Origin: Candidatus Poribacteria bacterium | GTDB lineage: Bacteria; Poribacteria; WGA-4E; WGA-3G | Assembly: GCA_963665235.2 (NCBI GenBank) | Contig: CAXXLX010000001.1 | Span: 224,001 to 288,000 of the forward strand | Direction of reading: 5' to 3' | Length of the DNA stretch: 64,000 nucleotides | Shown here: piece by piece, positions 47,318 to 57,327 of the stretch | How positions within the stretch are numbered: the stretch's first letter is position 1 | Layout of the letters: every line of letters starts with the position of its first letter | Position numbers and translations under genes: made by a program | The notes under the pieces: model-generated | Seen by the model: only the letters and a program-made list of their open reading frames with translations | What the model was told of the DNA's origin: nothing | Database searches by the model: none

Positions 47318-47492
47318 CAATTGGCGATTGGCAATTAGCAAGAGAAAAGAGAAGAATCAGAAAGAAAAGAGAAGAAAGAGAAGATTCTCTTATATTTCTG
47401 GTTTCCATAAGCCAACAGTCAAATAAAAGGGAGACCTAGCGGGCGAGGAGACCTCGCCCCTACGATAATCCTGCTAAATTTGCGTAAATCCT
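47305..47492. repeat. Composite repeat (heptamer arm, REP hairpin, MITE type C end)
   Basis: Colinear with 7236-7451, with an uninterrupted cgcccctac. Confidence 0.75.
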
Positions 47493-47551
47493 GTTTTCAT
47501 AACGGTGGTACGGCTAGCGTGCTGTACCACCTTCTCAAATCTTCCGAGGCG

Positions 47552-48421
47552 TTACCCTTCGAAGCGGGCATGGGCCGTTACGTGGAACGGTAAGAAGAAC
47601 GGCCGTTTTGATACGCTAACCTCTTGCCGAATCCGCGAGGCTAACGTCTCCACGTCAACCTGTTCCGCTGTTGCAATGTCGTACTTTTCAAGGAGTGGCA
47701 GAAGGCTCTGAAAAATAGTCGCCATGTATCGGTATCCTGCCCAGGTTTCCGCTGCGCCGATGGGGACCTGCAGCTGCATTTCGGGTGGTGATAGACCTGC
47801 CTTGACAAAAGTTCGATAAAGCCCGATGCCCATGTTTAGGTGTGCGTCTGAATGTGCTGAATGTGCAAACACGTCCAAAATCCACGCTCGGAGTTGGTTC
47901 ATAAGCGGTGTATCGGGATGCGCGAACGCAGGATAGAGGGTGTACTCCGGCTCCTGAAATGCGGCGATGCCTCCAGGTCGCAGATGTGTTAGCAGTTTTT
48001 TGAGTGCGTCGACCGGGTCCGCCATATACATTAGCACAAACCTCCCGACGATAGCGTCAAAATCGTGAGAAAAGGTGAGGGTTCGGGCATCCGCTGCGAT
48101 AAATTCTATGTTTGTTATGCCAGCGTCCCTTATGCGTGTGCATGCGGTTTCAAGGATTTCCGCGTTGACATCTACCCCGACGATATATCCTTCCTGTCCG
48201 ACAAATTCCGCCAGTGTAAGTGCAACATCTCCCGCACCGCTGCCGATTTCCAAGACCCGCATCCCGGTCGTTATACCGGCACGTTTGAAAAGATATCGCG
48301 TTGACTCACCATAGATTCTGGATTGCTCAATGAGGCGCGTTGTTTCGTGTGAGGTTCGCCCTAAAGTATAGGTAGCATCACGATTTGGTGTGTCCAAGCT
48401 CGTAGTGTGATTTTCAGCCAT
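47552..48421 (-). CDS. Class I SAM-dependent methyltransferase
   Basis: GMRVLEIGSGAGDV, FDAIVGRFVLMY and LRPGG motifs. Confidence 0.92.
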   Translation of the reverse strand: MAENHTTSLDTPNRDATYTLGRTSHETTRLIEQSRIYGESTRYLFKRAGITTGMRVLEIGSGAGDVALTLAEFVGQEGYIVGVDVNAEILETACTRIRDAGITNIEFIAADARTLTFSHDFDAIVGRFVLMYMADPVDALKKLLTHLRPGGIAAFQEPEYTLYPAFAHPDTPLMNQLRAWILDVFAHSAHSDAHLNMGIGLYRTFVKAGLSPPEMQLQVPIGAAETWAGYRYMATIFQSLLPLLEKYDIATAEQVDVETLASRIRQEVSVSKRPFFLPFHVTAHARFEG

Positions 48422-48434
48422 GCGTCGAGCCTTT

Positions 48435-49271
48435 TTAAGTGGAAATCGATGCGTAGGCTGTGATATGGGGTGGCAAGATAAGGGGTCGTTTCGAGGCGAC
48501 GACTTCTGCCCGGAGTCGTTGTGGTAATGTATCTATATCAACTTCTTCGATTGTCGCAATTCCGTAAGTTTCCATTAATGGCAGGATACTCCGAAAACTG
48601 TTGGCAAGATATTCGTAACCTGGCCATTCCGCGGGCCCGCCCATCGGTGCTTCAAAATTTAAGGTGGGTTCAGGTAGCCCGGCCTCAACGAAAGTCCGGT
48701 AAAGTTCCATTCCCATGCTGATGTGCGCCCCGGAACGTTCAAATGTGCCAACACCCCACTTAATCAAGTTGTTTAGGACAGGCGTATCCGGATGCTCTGA
48801 GCCGGTGTAGAGTGAAAAATCGATATCTTGAAAAGCGACAATTCCGCCTGGGCGAAGGTGGCCAGACAATTTTTTGAGTGCCTCCACTGGGTCCGCCATA
48901 TACAACAGGACGAGTCTCCCAACAACGGCATCAAAGTCGTTATCAAGTTCCAGGGTGCGTGCGTCTCCAGCAATAAAGTCGACGTTTTTGACCCCGATTC
49001 CGTTTGCCCGGTCGCGTGCTGTTTCAAGAATCTCTGGGTTGACATCTACGCCGACAACAGTGCCCGCCTCCCCGACAAATTCCGCCAGTGTAAGGACTAC
49101 GTCCCCCGCACCGCTGCCGATATCCAGGACTTTCATGCCTTCTGCTATACCGCACCGGAGAAAAAACCGACGCGTCACATCATCGTAGAGCAGTGATTGT
49201 TCAATCAGCCGTTCCGTTTCAGTTTGGCTTCTGCCCATCGTATATTCAGCATCTCTGCTTTGATTGCTCAT
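48435..49271 (-). CDS. Class I SAM-dependent methyltransferase (tandem paralog)
   Basis: GMKVLDIGSGAGDV, FDAVVGRLVLLY and LRPGG motifs. Confidence 0.92.
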   Translation of the reverse strand: MSNQSRDAEYTMGRSQTETERLIEQSLLYDDVTRRFFLRCGIAEGMKVLDIGSGAGDVVLTLAEFVGEAGTVVGVDVNPEILETARDRANGIGVKNVDFIAGDARTLELDNDFDAVVGRLVLLYMADPVEALKKLSGHLRPGGIVAFQDIDFSLYTGSEHPDTPVLNNLIKWGVGTFERSGAHISMGMELYRTFVEAGLPEPTLNFEAPMGGPAEWPGYEYLANSFRSILPLMETYGIATIEEVDIDTLPQRLRAEVVASKRPLILPPHITAYASIST

Positions 49272-49365
49272 GTTAACTTCCTTTCTTTCTTTTAAAAATT
49301 TGCAAGGTACAAAAACCTCACACTACAAAATTTTAACGTTTTGATATATACAATATCTTAACAGA

Positions 49366-50556
49366 TTAGGGTGCAATGAATTGATAAAATTGAATTTTTC
49401 CATCTTTGACCGTGTTAATGACCAAGCTCTTGATTGCATGCCGATTTTCGTTGAAATGGGATAGTCCAGTAGCCCCCATGTAGTTCTGTGTTGCTTCAAT
49501 TTGGTCTCGAATTGCATCGGGTGTTAAATTAGTTGTTCTACGCATGGCTTCAATAACAATGGTGGCAGAATCATATCCGAGTGCAGCGGGACCATCAGGT
49601 GGCATGTCAAATCGCTCTGTATAGGCCTTAACAAATTGAATACCCGCTTCGCTTAATTGGCCATCGGCTGAAAAGTGATTTGCAAAGAAGCTGCCTTCAA
49701 GTGCCTCCCCGCCGATTTCGACCAAATCCGGGCGATCCCATCCGTCACCGCCGAGGAAGGTTGCGGTAATGTTAAATTCGGCAGACTTTGCCTGTTTCAC
49801 CGCCAGCGGAAATTCGGAACCCAAGCCTGCTAAAAAGATAACGTCTACAGCAGGTTCAATTGCAGCAATTTCCATTAACTGCTCAGTGAAATCAGTGGTG
49901 CCAGTGTCGTAAAATTGATGTGTCGTAATCGTGCCCCCTCGTGCCGTAAAATCTTCAATGAAAGCGTTCGAGAGTCCTTCCGAATAGGTATCGCCTATTT
50001 CTGTGAGGATTGCAGCTGTTATCACATCCAATTCCTGCCTAGCGAAATCAACCATTACACCTGCCTGATAAGGGTCGGTGTAAGCTCCCATGAACGAAAA
50101 ATTTCCATTTTGGGAAACCTTCGGGTTAGTCGGATAGGTTGTCACCATCGGGATGCCATATTGTTGTGCAACTGCGCCTACCTCCACGGCCTCTTCATCG
50201 TAGTCGGGCCCTATAATTGCCAGCACACCTGCAGCGATCAGTTCTTTGGCGTGCTGTGCACTGCGTAAAGGCTCTCTGTTATCTTCCCGAACGAGAAGTT
50301 CTAGCGGTATCCCGTTGATTCCGCCTGCTTCATTCGCAAGTGCAACCGCTAACTCAGCACCGTTCCGGGTTGTTCCGGGGTCAGGCGGACTGTAGATGAA
50401 ACCGAGCTTGATTGTTGTTGGCAAATCATCTTGGGGAATAGTCCGTTGAATTCGCTCGCAGCCTGAAAGGAAAACACCTATCCAAAAGAGTGAGAAAATA
50501 GAAACAAAAATTGTGATAATTCTAAACACTGTTGTGTTTTGTGAGAAGAACATCAA
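49366..50556 (-). CDS. ABC transporter substrate-binding lipoprotein (branched-chain amino acid/LivK type)
   Basis: Lipobox LSGC; NEAGGING, FLGGDGWD and ALGYD motifs. No permease is adjacent. Confidence 0.88.
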   Translation of the reverse strand: MMFFSQNTTVFRIITIFVSIFSLFWIGVFLSGCERIQRTIPQDDLPTTIKLGFIYSPPDPGTTRNGAELAVALANEAGGINGIPLELLVREDNREPLRSAQHAKELIAAGVLAIIGPDYDEEAVEVGAVAQQYGIPMVTTYPTNPKVSQNGNFSFMGAYTDPYQAGVMVDFARQELDVITAAILTEIGDTYSEGLSNAFIEDFTARGGTITTHQFYDTGTTDFTEQLMEIAAIEPAVDVIFLAGLGSEFPLAVKQAKSAEFNITATFLGGDGWDRPDLVEIGGEALEGSFFANHFSADGQLSEAGIQFVKAYTERFDMPPDGPAALGYDSATIVIEAMRRTTNLTPDAIRDQIEATQNYMGATGLSHFNENRHAIKSLVINTVKDGKIQFYQFIAP

Positions 50557-50578
50557 GGCTCCTTCGGGTTGATTGACT

Positions 50579-50616
50579 TTATGTTAGGGAGCAGTTTAGA
50601 ACGGCTCCCTAACATA
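50579..50616 (-). terminator. Strong hairpin after the TBDR
   Basis: ttatgttagggagc-agtttagaacg-gctccctaacataa perfect stem. Confidence 0.65.
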
Positions 50617-50623
50617 AGGAACG

Positions 50624-53290
50624 TTAGAAATTGTAACCGATTTTGGTATACCAGAACGCGCCGCCAAACCCGTAAGGACTATATTCACCGAAGGCTCTGC
50701 CAACGATTTTACCTGTAAAGTTCTCTATATCCGGGTTCGCCCAGGTGACATTGTTCGGTTCAGCATTGAGGACGTTATTCACGCCAAATGTGACTCCCAA
50801 GTTGTCGGCAAACGCGTAGTTAGCTTCAAGGTCTACCAAAAAAGTGCCACCGTAGATTTGCTCTCCGACAGCGTTCTCATACCAGGGACCGTAGTAATTA
50901 ATCCGTCCCAAGACCCCGACGTTATCGCGAACATTTTGTATTAATGTCACGTTTCCTCGGTGTTTGGGAAGCCCTTCTTCGAGGAGTCGGACGCGTGTGT
51001 CATCAAGAATATCCGCGTTTCGGTGGGTGACCTCCGTGCTGGTATAGTTGTAGGCAAGGCTGAGCGCGCCTTTCCAGACAGGTGTTGTCATCACCAGATC
51101 GATACCTTGGGTGCGTGTTTCAAATTCATTGGTAAAGAATCGGAATTCTTGAAGATTGCCAGCACTTGTGATACCTTCATCGACGAGTTGTTGAATCTGT
51201 TCTTCGGTAATATCCTCGCCGCGTTGGAAATCTTTAGAAGGTGCCAACCGATCTTCTACCGTGATATTGAAATAATCTATTGTGACGCTAACCGTATTAT
51301 CGCTAATAACTGTGCCAACAGAAAAGTTCTTTGACTTTTCGGGTTCGAGTGCTTTTCCGCCTACAAGGCCGGCAGCGGCGTGTGTAGAGGGAATAGTTCC
51401 CTTATTGACGAGGGTATTGTTTTCACCGAATTCGGTTGTGACGTTAAAGGCGTTCTGCTGTCCCGGTGTCGGTGCTCTGAAACCGGTGCTGTAGCTGCCA
51501 CGCACCCTCATGTCTAACGCTTTATCGATGGTCAGAAATTCCTTGACGGTATCGGTGAAAGCGTAGCTACTTGCGATTTTGTAGTTGATTGTCTCCCCAA
51601 AATCATCGAAGTGTTCCCCGCGGACAGCGGCACTAATAACCCATGGGTCCATCGGTTTCATTTCGGTTTCGAGGTATCCAGCATAATTGGAGCGTGTCCA
51701 GCTGCCTTGCGCGATATCACTGAATCCGGGGAATCCGTTGGAGCCGGAGCTAAAGCCTTGGCTTGCCAGCGGTCCAATTTCCCATGACTCTATTTGTCCC
51801 TGCACAATTTCGAAGGTTTCCGTTCGGTATTCCGCGCCTGCGGCGAGGAAGACGAGGTCGTGCAGCGGATATGTCAGGTCAAGGTTAACATTCGTATCCG
51901 CTTGGATATAATCGCCTGGGTCGAATTCGGTAGGCGTGTTTGGCCCGAGGGACGCGTTGACAGTATTCCTAATAAAGAAATCGGAGCCGTGTCGTCCATA
52001 GGATGCGCTGAGATTCCATCCCAATTCTTCAGCGACTGTACCTTTCAGTCCGACAAGGGCGGAAGCGTCTTGGGTATCCGCGCCGAAGCGGGGTGTAAAT
52101 CCCCCGGGGAAAAGTTCTTGGAAAGTGAATAAATTGTCATCTTCCATGACTGCTTCCAATGCGTCGGCATCTGGTACGTGGTCGACTATCGGAATATCAT
52201 CGGCATTGTGGGGATGCGGTTCGGTAAATTCGGCTTCTGCTGCCTCTGCCTGCTTACGTTGTTCCTCCCAAGCCGCTATCTCTTTTTCTAACCCGGATAG
52301 ATTTCCAACGAGCAGGGTTGCGCCGCCATCGTTGCTAAATACAGCCGGGCGTGTATTGGGATTTCGGAAATAGAATCCGCCTTCAACCTGCTTCTGTGCA
52401 TAGTTTGCATGCCCATAGAGCTGAACGTCAGTGACAATGTCAACGCCATAGTTTACAAAGAGCTTGATGTCATCTTTAATAATCGGGTGTCCCCAAGGTT
52501 GGGATGGATTGGCGACATCGCCATTTCCGGCATTGGTAAGTGCAGCGGCATCATCCCGTTGAACGGAGCGATTGGTCTCGTTTGCATTGCCGTATTCTAC
52601 ACTGAGGTTTGCCCAAATATCTTCTTTCCCCAGGCCGATATTTCCTGCAACGGAATATGTAAGACCATCTCCGACCTGGTAAATCCCGGGCTTGATTTCC
52701 AAAGAGCCGCCTTTGTGGCTGTCTTTCAATTGTAAGTTCATGACACCGGCGATGGCATCGGAGCCGTATTGTGCTGACGCGCCATCTCGCAGCACCTCCA
52801 TCTGTTTGATTGCAATAGAGGGGATAGGCGAGAGGTCCGCGCCTTGTGAACCGTCGGCTAACCCGTTTCCGAGCCATGCAATCACAGAGGCACGATGCCG
52901 ACGTTTACCATTAACGAGTAATAACGTGTGATCGGGAGCTAATCCCCGCAGATTTGCTGGACGCACAACGGTTGCCGCGTCGGCAATAGGCTGCGCGTTG
53001 ACATTGTAAGAAGGGACAAGGTTTCTTAACAGGTCAGGTAAATCTGTGCCCCCCTGTTTGACAAAGTCCTCGCTGCGCATAACATCAATCGGCACAGCAG
53101 ATTCAAGGACAGAACGCGGTTTTGCACGCGTTCCAACAATAACCATACCCTCAAGTTCTAGAACTTCCTGCTCAGACGCTGCATCACTTCCACCTTCCTG
53201 TGCTGCTGCTATCGGTAAAAAAAACATAGCGGCAGCCAAGGCGATGTGAAGCACGTAGAGAAAGGATTTTATGTTAAGTGTATCGCTCAT
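50624..53290 (-). CDS. TonB-dependent receptor
   Basis: Signal peptide; TonB-box-like MVIVGTR; plug NLRGLAPDHTLLLVNGKRRH; EVLRDGASAQYGSDAIAGVMN; GFRAPT; C-terminal IGYNF. Confidence 0.95.
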   Translation of the reverse strand: MSDTLNIKSFLYVLHIALAAAMFFLPIAAAQEGGSDAASEQEVLELEGMVIVGTRAKPRSVLESAVPIDVMRSEDFVKQGGTDLPDLLRNLVPSYNVNAQPIADAATVVRPANLRGLAPDHTLLLVNGKRRHRASVIAWLGNGLADGSQGADLSPIPSIAIKQMEVLRDGASAQYGSDAIAGVMNLQLKDSHKGGSLEIKPGIYQVGDGLTYSVAGNIGLGKEDIWANLSVEYGNANETNRSVQRDDAAALTNAGNGDVANPSQPWGHPIIKDDIKLFVNYGVDIVTDVQLYGHANYAQKQVEGGFYFRNPNTRPAVFSNDGGATLLVGNLSGLEKEIAAWEEQRKQAEAAEAEFTEPHPHNADDIPIVDHVPDADALEAVMEDDNLFTFQELFPGGFTPRFGADTQDASALVGLKGTVAEELGWNLSASYGRHGSDFFIRNTVNASLGPNTPTEFDPGDYIQADTNVNLDLTYPLHDLVFLAAGAEYRTETFEIVQGQIESWEIGPLASQGFSSGSNGFPGFSDIAQGSWTRSNYAGYLETEMKPMDPWVISAAVRGEHFDDFGETINYKIASSYAFTDTVKEFLTIDKALDMRVRGSYSTGFRAPTPGQQNAFNVTTEFGENNTLVNKGTIPSTHAAAGLVGGKALEPEKSKNFSVGTVISDNTVSVTIDYFNITVEDRLAPSKDFQRGEDITEEQIQQLVDEGITSAGNLQEFRFFTNEFETRTQGIDLVMTTPVWKGALSLAYNYTSTEVTHRNADILDDTRVRLLEEGLPKHRGNVTLIQNVRDNVGVLGRINYYGPWYENAVGEQIYGGTFLVDLEANYAFADNLGVTFGVNNVLNAEPNNVTWANPDIENFTGKIVGRAFGEYSPYGFGGAFWYTKIGYNF

Positions 53291-53370
53291 AATTTAAATT
53301 GTTCCTTTGCTAGAGCAGTCCCCATCTTTTCATAAATTGTAATTAGGAGCTTGCTCCAACATATCAAAGC

Positions 53371-53485
53371 TAGGACTTACGCAAATTTAGCAGGAACCCT
53401 CGTAGGGGCGGGGTCTCCCCGCCCGCTAGGTCTGCCTCTAAATCCCATTATCTATGGACTTTATCAACGTGCTGCATAAGTCCTG
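53371..53485. mobile_element. MITE type C (TIR YaggacttaYgca), 5-bp TSD AAAGC, carrying a GTAG REP hairpin
   Basis: Ends taggacttacgca and tgcataagtcctg. AAAGC at 53366-53370 and 53486-53490. Internal cgtaggggcggggtctccccgccc. Confidence 0.8.
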
Positions 53486-53593
53486 AAAGCTATTTGTGTT
53501 TCTGACAAAACTTACAAGGTAGGGTAGACGTGCGTCGTTCCCCTTTGTAGAAATCAGCTTTACAAGCACGCCTACCGGGTTTATGTTACAGGT

Positions 53594-56326
53594 TTAGAAG
53601 CTATAACCGACTTTAGCGTACCAGAACGCTCCATCAAAGCCGAACGGACTGAACTGACCATATTTGTTTCCGACAGAATCGGCACCATTCGGATTTTCGT
53701 CGGGATAGGTATCAAGGATATTTCTGCCACCGAGCGTGAGTGCCACTCCGGAGCCCACGGTGTAAGTGGTTTCCAGGTCGATAATAACCCTTCCAGTGTA
53801 TTCTCCAGTTTCTTCCACATCTGTATTTTGCAAGTAATCTTCAGAATCGAACCAACCGCTGAAATAACTGGCGCGCCCGAGGACTCCCCAGTCATCCGTT
53901 ATGGATTGAGCGATAGTCAGGCTGGCGCGGTGTTTCGGTAAATTCTCTTCCAGTTCCCTGGTTCGATGTCTATCCAGTGTGGCATTCTCCCAACCTTTAT
54001 ACTTAGGATCTTCAAATTCATCAGTTAATTCGACGAGTTCTCCGTCGACTACGAGATGGGTAACCTTAGTTGACGTGAAGTTATACACGGCAACGAGCGT
54101 CCCATTCGCTACTGGTGCTGTGGCGACAAAGTCAACACCTTGGGTTTTGGTATTGAAGTCATTGATAAAGAACTGGAATGTTTCCAGATTCGCTGCACTA
54201 GTTACACCTTCCTTGATGAGCTGTGCCTTCTGTGAGTCGGTCAATGCATAGTCTTGTGACACCGATAACCGGTTTTTCAGCCGAATATCAAAAATATCAG
54301 CGGTGAAGTTTACCCCCAAAATATCGACAGTAAACCCGGCAGTGAGGTTATTTGATGTTTCCGGGTCAAGCGAGTTATCTTCCTCGCCTGTCACAACCCC
54401 GACAGCAGGGTTGGTGGAAGGAATTGTTCCTTTATTAACGAGATCCCCTTTCTCAAAATCGTATTCGGTGGTAATGTTGAACGTATTTTGCTGTCCGGGT
54501 GTCGGTGCGCGGAACCCGCTACTATAGCTTCCCCGCAACCGCATCGTTTCGGTAACCTTGTAGTTTGCAGCGGCTTTGTAGTTCAGGGTGCTCCCGAAAA
54601 TCTCAAATTGTTCGCCGCGTACAGCCAGCGCGACTAGGAGCGCATCAATCGGTCTGATTTCAGTTTCCAGATAGGCGGCGACGTTGTAACGGTCCCATTT
54701 GCCTGCCGCAACCGGGCTGAATCCCGAAAATCCGTTGGAGGCAGCAGTGAAACCTTGCGCTGCGAGGGGTCCAATCTGATGCGACTCGCGTTCACCCTCT
54801 ATGATTTCAAATCCTTCGTTGCGATATTCCAAACCAGCAGCGAGGAACACCAAGTCGTGCACTTGATTTGTAACATCAAAGTTTAGGTTATAATCTGTCT
54901 GGATATAGTCCCCTGGATCAAAATATGTCGGTGTATCTGGGCCGAGCGAAGCATTAACGGTATTGAAGATAAAGAAATCAGCATGATTTCGTCCAAAAGA
55001 GCCGCTCAGATCCCAGGTTAAGGGGGTGCCTAACGCTTCTTCCAGAGCGGTGCCTTCAACGCCAACGACGATGGAAGTATCCCACATGAATGCGCCAAAT
55101 CTGGGTGTGAATCCGCCTGGGAACATCTCTTGGAAATTGAAAAGATTGGGGTCATTCTTGACAGCTTGCAACCGCTCGGGATCAGGAACGTTGTCAGTTA
55201 TCGGGATATCGTCAGCATCGTGAGGTGAGAGTTCGGTGAACTCCTCCCCGGCCTCCTCGGCTGCCTCCTTTCGGGCTTTCCAGTCCGCCATTTCGGCTGT
55301 TAAACCGCGCATATCCCCGACGAGCAACATATGATCTTTCCCGTTTGGGCTAAACACGCCATTGCGAGTGTTTGGGTTTCGGAAATAGAATCCGCCTTCA
55401 ACGCGCTTTCGTGCGTAATTGGCATGCCCATAGAAATTGATGGTATCTGTGAGGGTGGCCCCGTAGTTTGCAAACAATTTGAGGTCATTCTCTATAATCG
55501 GTTGTCCCCAAATTTGCGCGGGGTCTTTCACACTGAAATTGCCTGCGTTAATCAAGTTTATGGCATCATTACGTTGGACAGACCGGATGGTCGGATCTGC
55601 GCCCCCGTATTCAAAACTGACGCTACTCCACGCGTCTGGACTCCCTAAACCGATGTTACCAGCGAGCGCAAATTGCCTACCGTCGCCGTATTGGTAGATA
55701 CCGGGTTTAAATTCAAACGAACCGCCTTCATGGTTGTCTTTCAATTGGAAATTCATCACACCCGCGATGGCATCAGAACCGTATTGTGCGGAGGCACCAT
55801 CTCGTAGCACCTCAACCTGTTTCAGTGCGATTGCCGGAATAGGCGACAGGTCAGGGCCCTGTGAGCCATCAGATAAACCGTTTCCGAGCCAGTGAATCAC
55901 TGCGGCACGGTGTCGCCGCTTGCTATTGACGAGCACCAGTGTATGGTCTGGGGCAAGTCCCCTTAAATTCGCTGGACGGACCACTGTTGACGCATCACTA
56001 ATCGGCTGCGTATTGACGTTATAAGATGGCACCAAAGTTCTCAGCAAATCCGGTAGATCTGCACCGCCCTGCTTTTCAAAGGATTCGTTTGATACAATAT
56101 CGATTGGGACTGCTGAATCCAAGACAGAGCGCGGTTGCGCACGCGTGCCAACGACCACGACTCCTCCAATTTCCATAACTTCTTCTTCAGCGGCAGTTTC
56201 CTCGGCTTCAGAAGCGGTATCACTTTCGTGGTTATCTGCTACAACCACAGGTAAAAATACCATACCGATTGCTAACGCAACGTGAAGCGCGAACAGAGCC
56301 AGCCTAAAATTAAATGTGACTTTCAT
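53594..56326 (-). CDS. TonB-dependent receptor (tandem paralog)
   Basis: Same plug and barrel motifs as 50624-53290; C-terminal VGYSF. Confidence 0.95.
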   Translation of the reverse strand: MKVTFNFRLALFALHVALAIGMVFLPVVVADNHESDTASEAEETAAEEEVMEIGGVVVVGTRAQPRSVLDSAVPIDIVSNESFEKQGGADLPDLLRTLVPSYNVNTQPISDASTVVRPANLRGLAPDHTLVLVNSKRRHRAAVIHWLGNGLSDGSQGPDLSPIPAIALKQVEVLRDGASAQYGSDAIAGVMNFQLKDNHEGGSFEFKPGIYQYGDGRQFALAGNIGLGSPDAWSSVSFEYGGADPTIRSVQRNDAINLINAGNFSVKDPAQIWGQPIIENDLKLFANYGATLTDTINFYGHANYARKRVEGGFYFRNPNTRNGVFSPNGKDHMLLVGDMRGLTAEMADWKARKEAAEEAGEEFTELSPHDADDIPITDNVPDPERLQAVKNDPNLFNFQEMFPGGFTPRFGAFMWDTSIVVGVEGTALEEALGTPLTWDLSGSFGRNHADFFIFNTVNASLGPDTPTYFDPGDYIQTDYNLNFDVTNQVHDLVFLAAGLEYRNEGFEIIEGERESHQIGPLAAQGFTAASNGFSGFSPVAAGKWDRYNVAAYLETEIRPIDALLVALAVRGEQFEIFGSTLNYKAAANYKVTETMRLRGSYSSGFRAPTPGQQNTFNITTEYDFEKGDLVNKGTIPSTNPAVGVVTGEEDNSLDPETSNNLTAGFTVDILGVNFTADIFDIRLKNRLSVSQDYALTDSQKAQLIKEGVTSAANLETFQFFINDFNTKTQGVDFVATAPVANGTLVAVYNFTSTKVTHLVVDGELVELTDEFEDPKYKGWENATLDRHRTRELEENLPKHRASLTIAQSITDDWGVLGRASYFSGWFDSEDYLQNTDVEETGEYTGRVIIDLETTYTVGSGVALTLGGRNILDTYPDENPNGADSVGNKYGQFSPFGFDGAFWYAKVGYSF

Positions 56327-56464
56327 AATACAAATAAACTCCTTTGTTATTTTGCTTGAAAAGCGATTTTGCTTTCAAACATAAAACAATATTTGAGGTT
56401 CAAAGGGGACATCCGAAGTTCCTGAAAAACCGAGCTGCCGAACGTCCGTTAATTCTCTCTACAA

Positions 56465-56493
56465 ATTATACCACATTTTAGGGGTAAATTCAA
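56465..56493 (-). promoter_or_regulatory. Sigma70-type promoter of the TBDR pair
   Basis: Minus strand reads TTGAAT-17 nt-TATAAT with a TG extension. Confidence 0.55.
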
Positions 56494-56555
56494 ATTATAC
56501 CCATTTTCGGGTTTTCGGGTTGAATTCAAGAGATAATTCTGATATATTATATAAT

Positions 56556-57311
56556 ATGCTAATATTTTATTCAATAATTGCAATAGCAACAGTACCCCTC
56601 GGCGCGGGAATTGCGATTGTTTCTCAGAAAAAACAGACACAGTTTGGGCTTGTTTTCGGATTTACAGCAGGGATAGTGCTCGGTATCGTCTTGATGCTGA
56701 TGGTGGATTTTTATCAGGAACTCGGCTATGCCACAATTATAGTCATGTGGGTTGGCTTCGGTTTAATTTGGCTGATAGAACGTCTGGTACCGCATAATCA
56801 TGCAGATTCGGCTGAGCATACCCACGGCAAAAAGAAACACCTTTGGGGCATTAATATAACACTCATCGGGTTGACGCTCCACTCTATTGCAGATGGGTTC
56901 AATCTCAGCGTCGCAGCGGAAGAGCATGAAGTGGGTATCGCGCTCGCGCTTGCTGTCCTGATTCACCGGGTGCCTGTAGCGACAGTAATAACAGCCGCCT
57001 TACGCCGCGATTATAGTTTCGCAAAAACAGCATTACAACTTACGCCGCTGATGCTAGCCCCACTTGTCGGGGCATTCATGGGGGAACGTCTGCTGCACGG
57101 TATCTTCGAGGAACTGGTAGAATATTTGACCGCCTTCGCCGCTGGTACCCTGTTGCACGTCATGATGGATGGCTTGCGCGGCAACTACACACCCTCATCA
57201 GAAGAGAGCCGCGGAGCCTCTAAGATAGCGTTCGTTATCGGCTTGATTTTGACGTTGTGCGCTATCTATTTCTTTCCAGGACTTGAGCTTGAACATACAC
57301 ATTCACATTGA
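56556..57311 (+). CDS. ZIP family metal transporter
   Basis: His-rich loop PHNHADSAEHTH; LHSIADG; IHRVP; AFAAGTLLH; C-terminal HTHSH. ATG 56556 directly follows TTGAAT-17-TATATT, so the mRNA may be leaderless. Confidence 0.88.
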   Translation: MLIFYSIIAIATVPLGAGIAIVSQKKQTQFGLVFGFTAGIVLGIVLMLMVDFYQELGYATIIVMWVGFGLIWLIERLVPHNHADSAEHTHGKKKHLWGINITLIGLTLHSIADGFNLSVAAEEHEVGIALALAVLIHRVPVATVITAALRRDYSFAKTALQLTPLMLAPLVGAFMGERLLHGIFEELVEYLTAFAAGTLLHVMMDGLRGNYTPSSEESRGASKIAFVIGLILTLCAIYFFPGLELEHTHSH

Positions 57312-57327
57312 AATTGGCAGGCATCTG

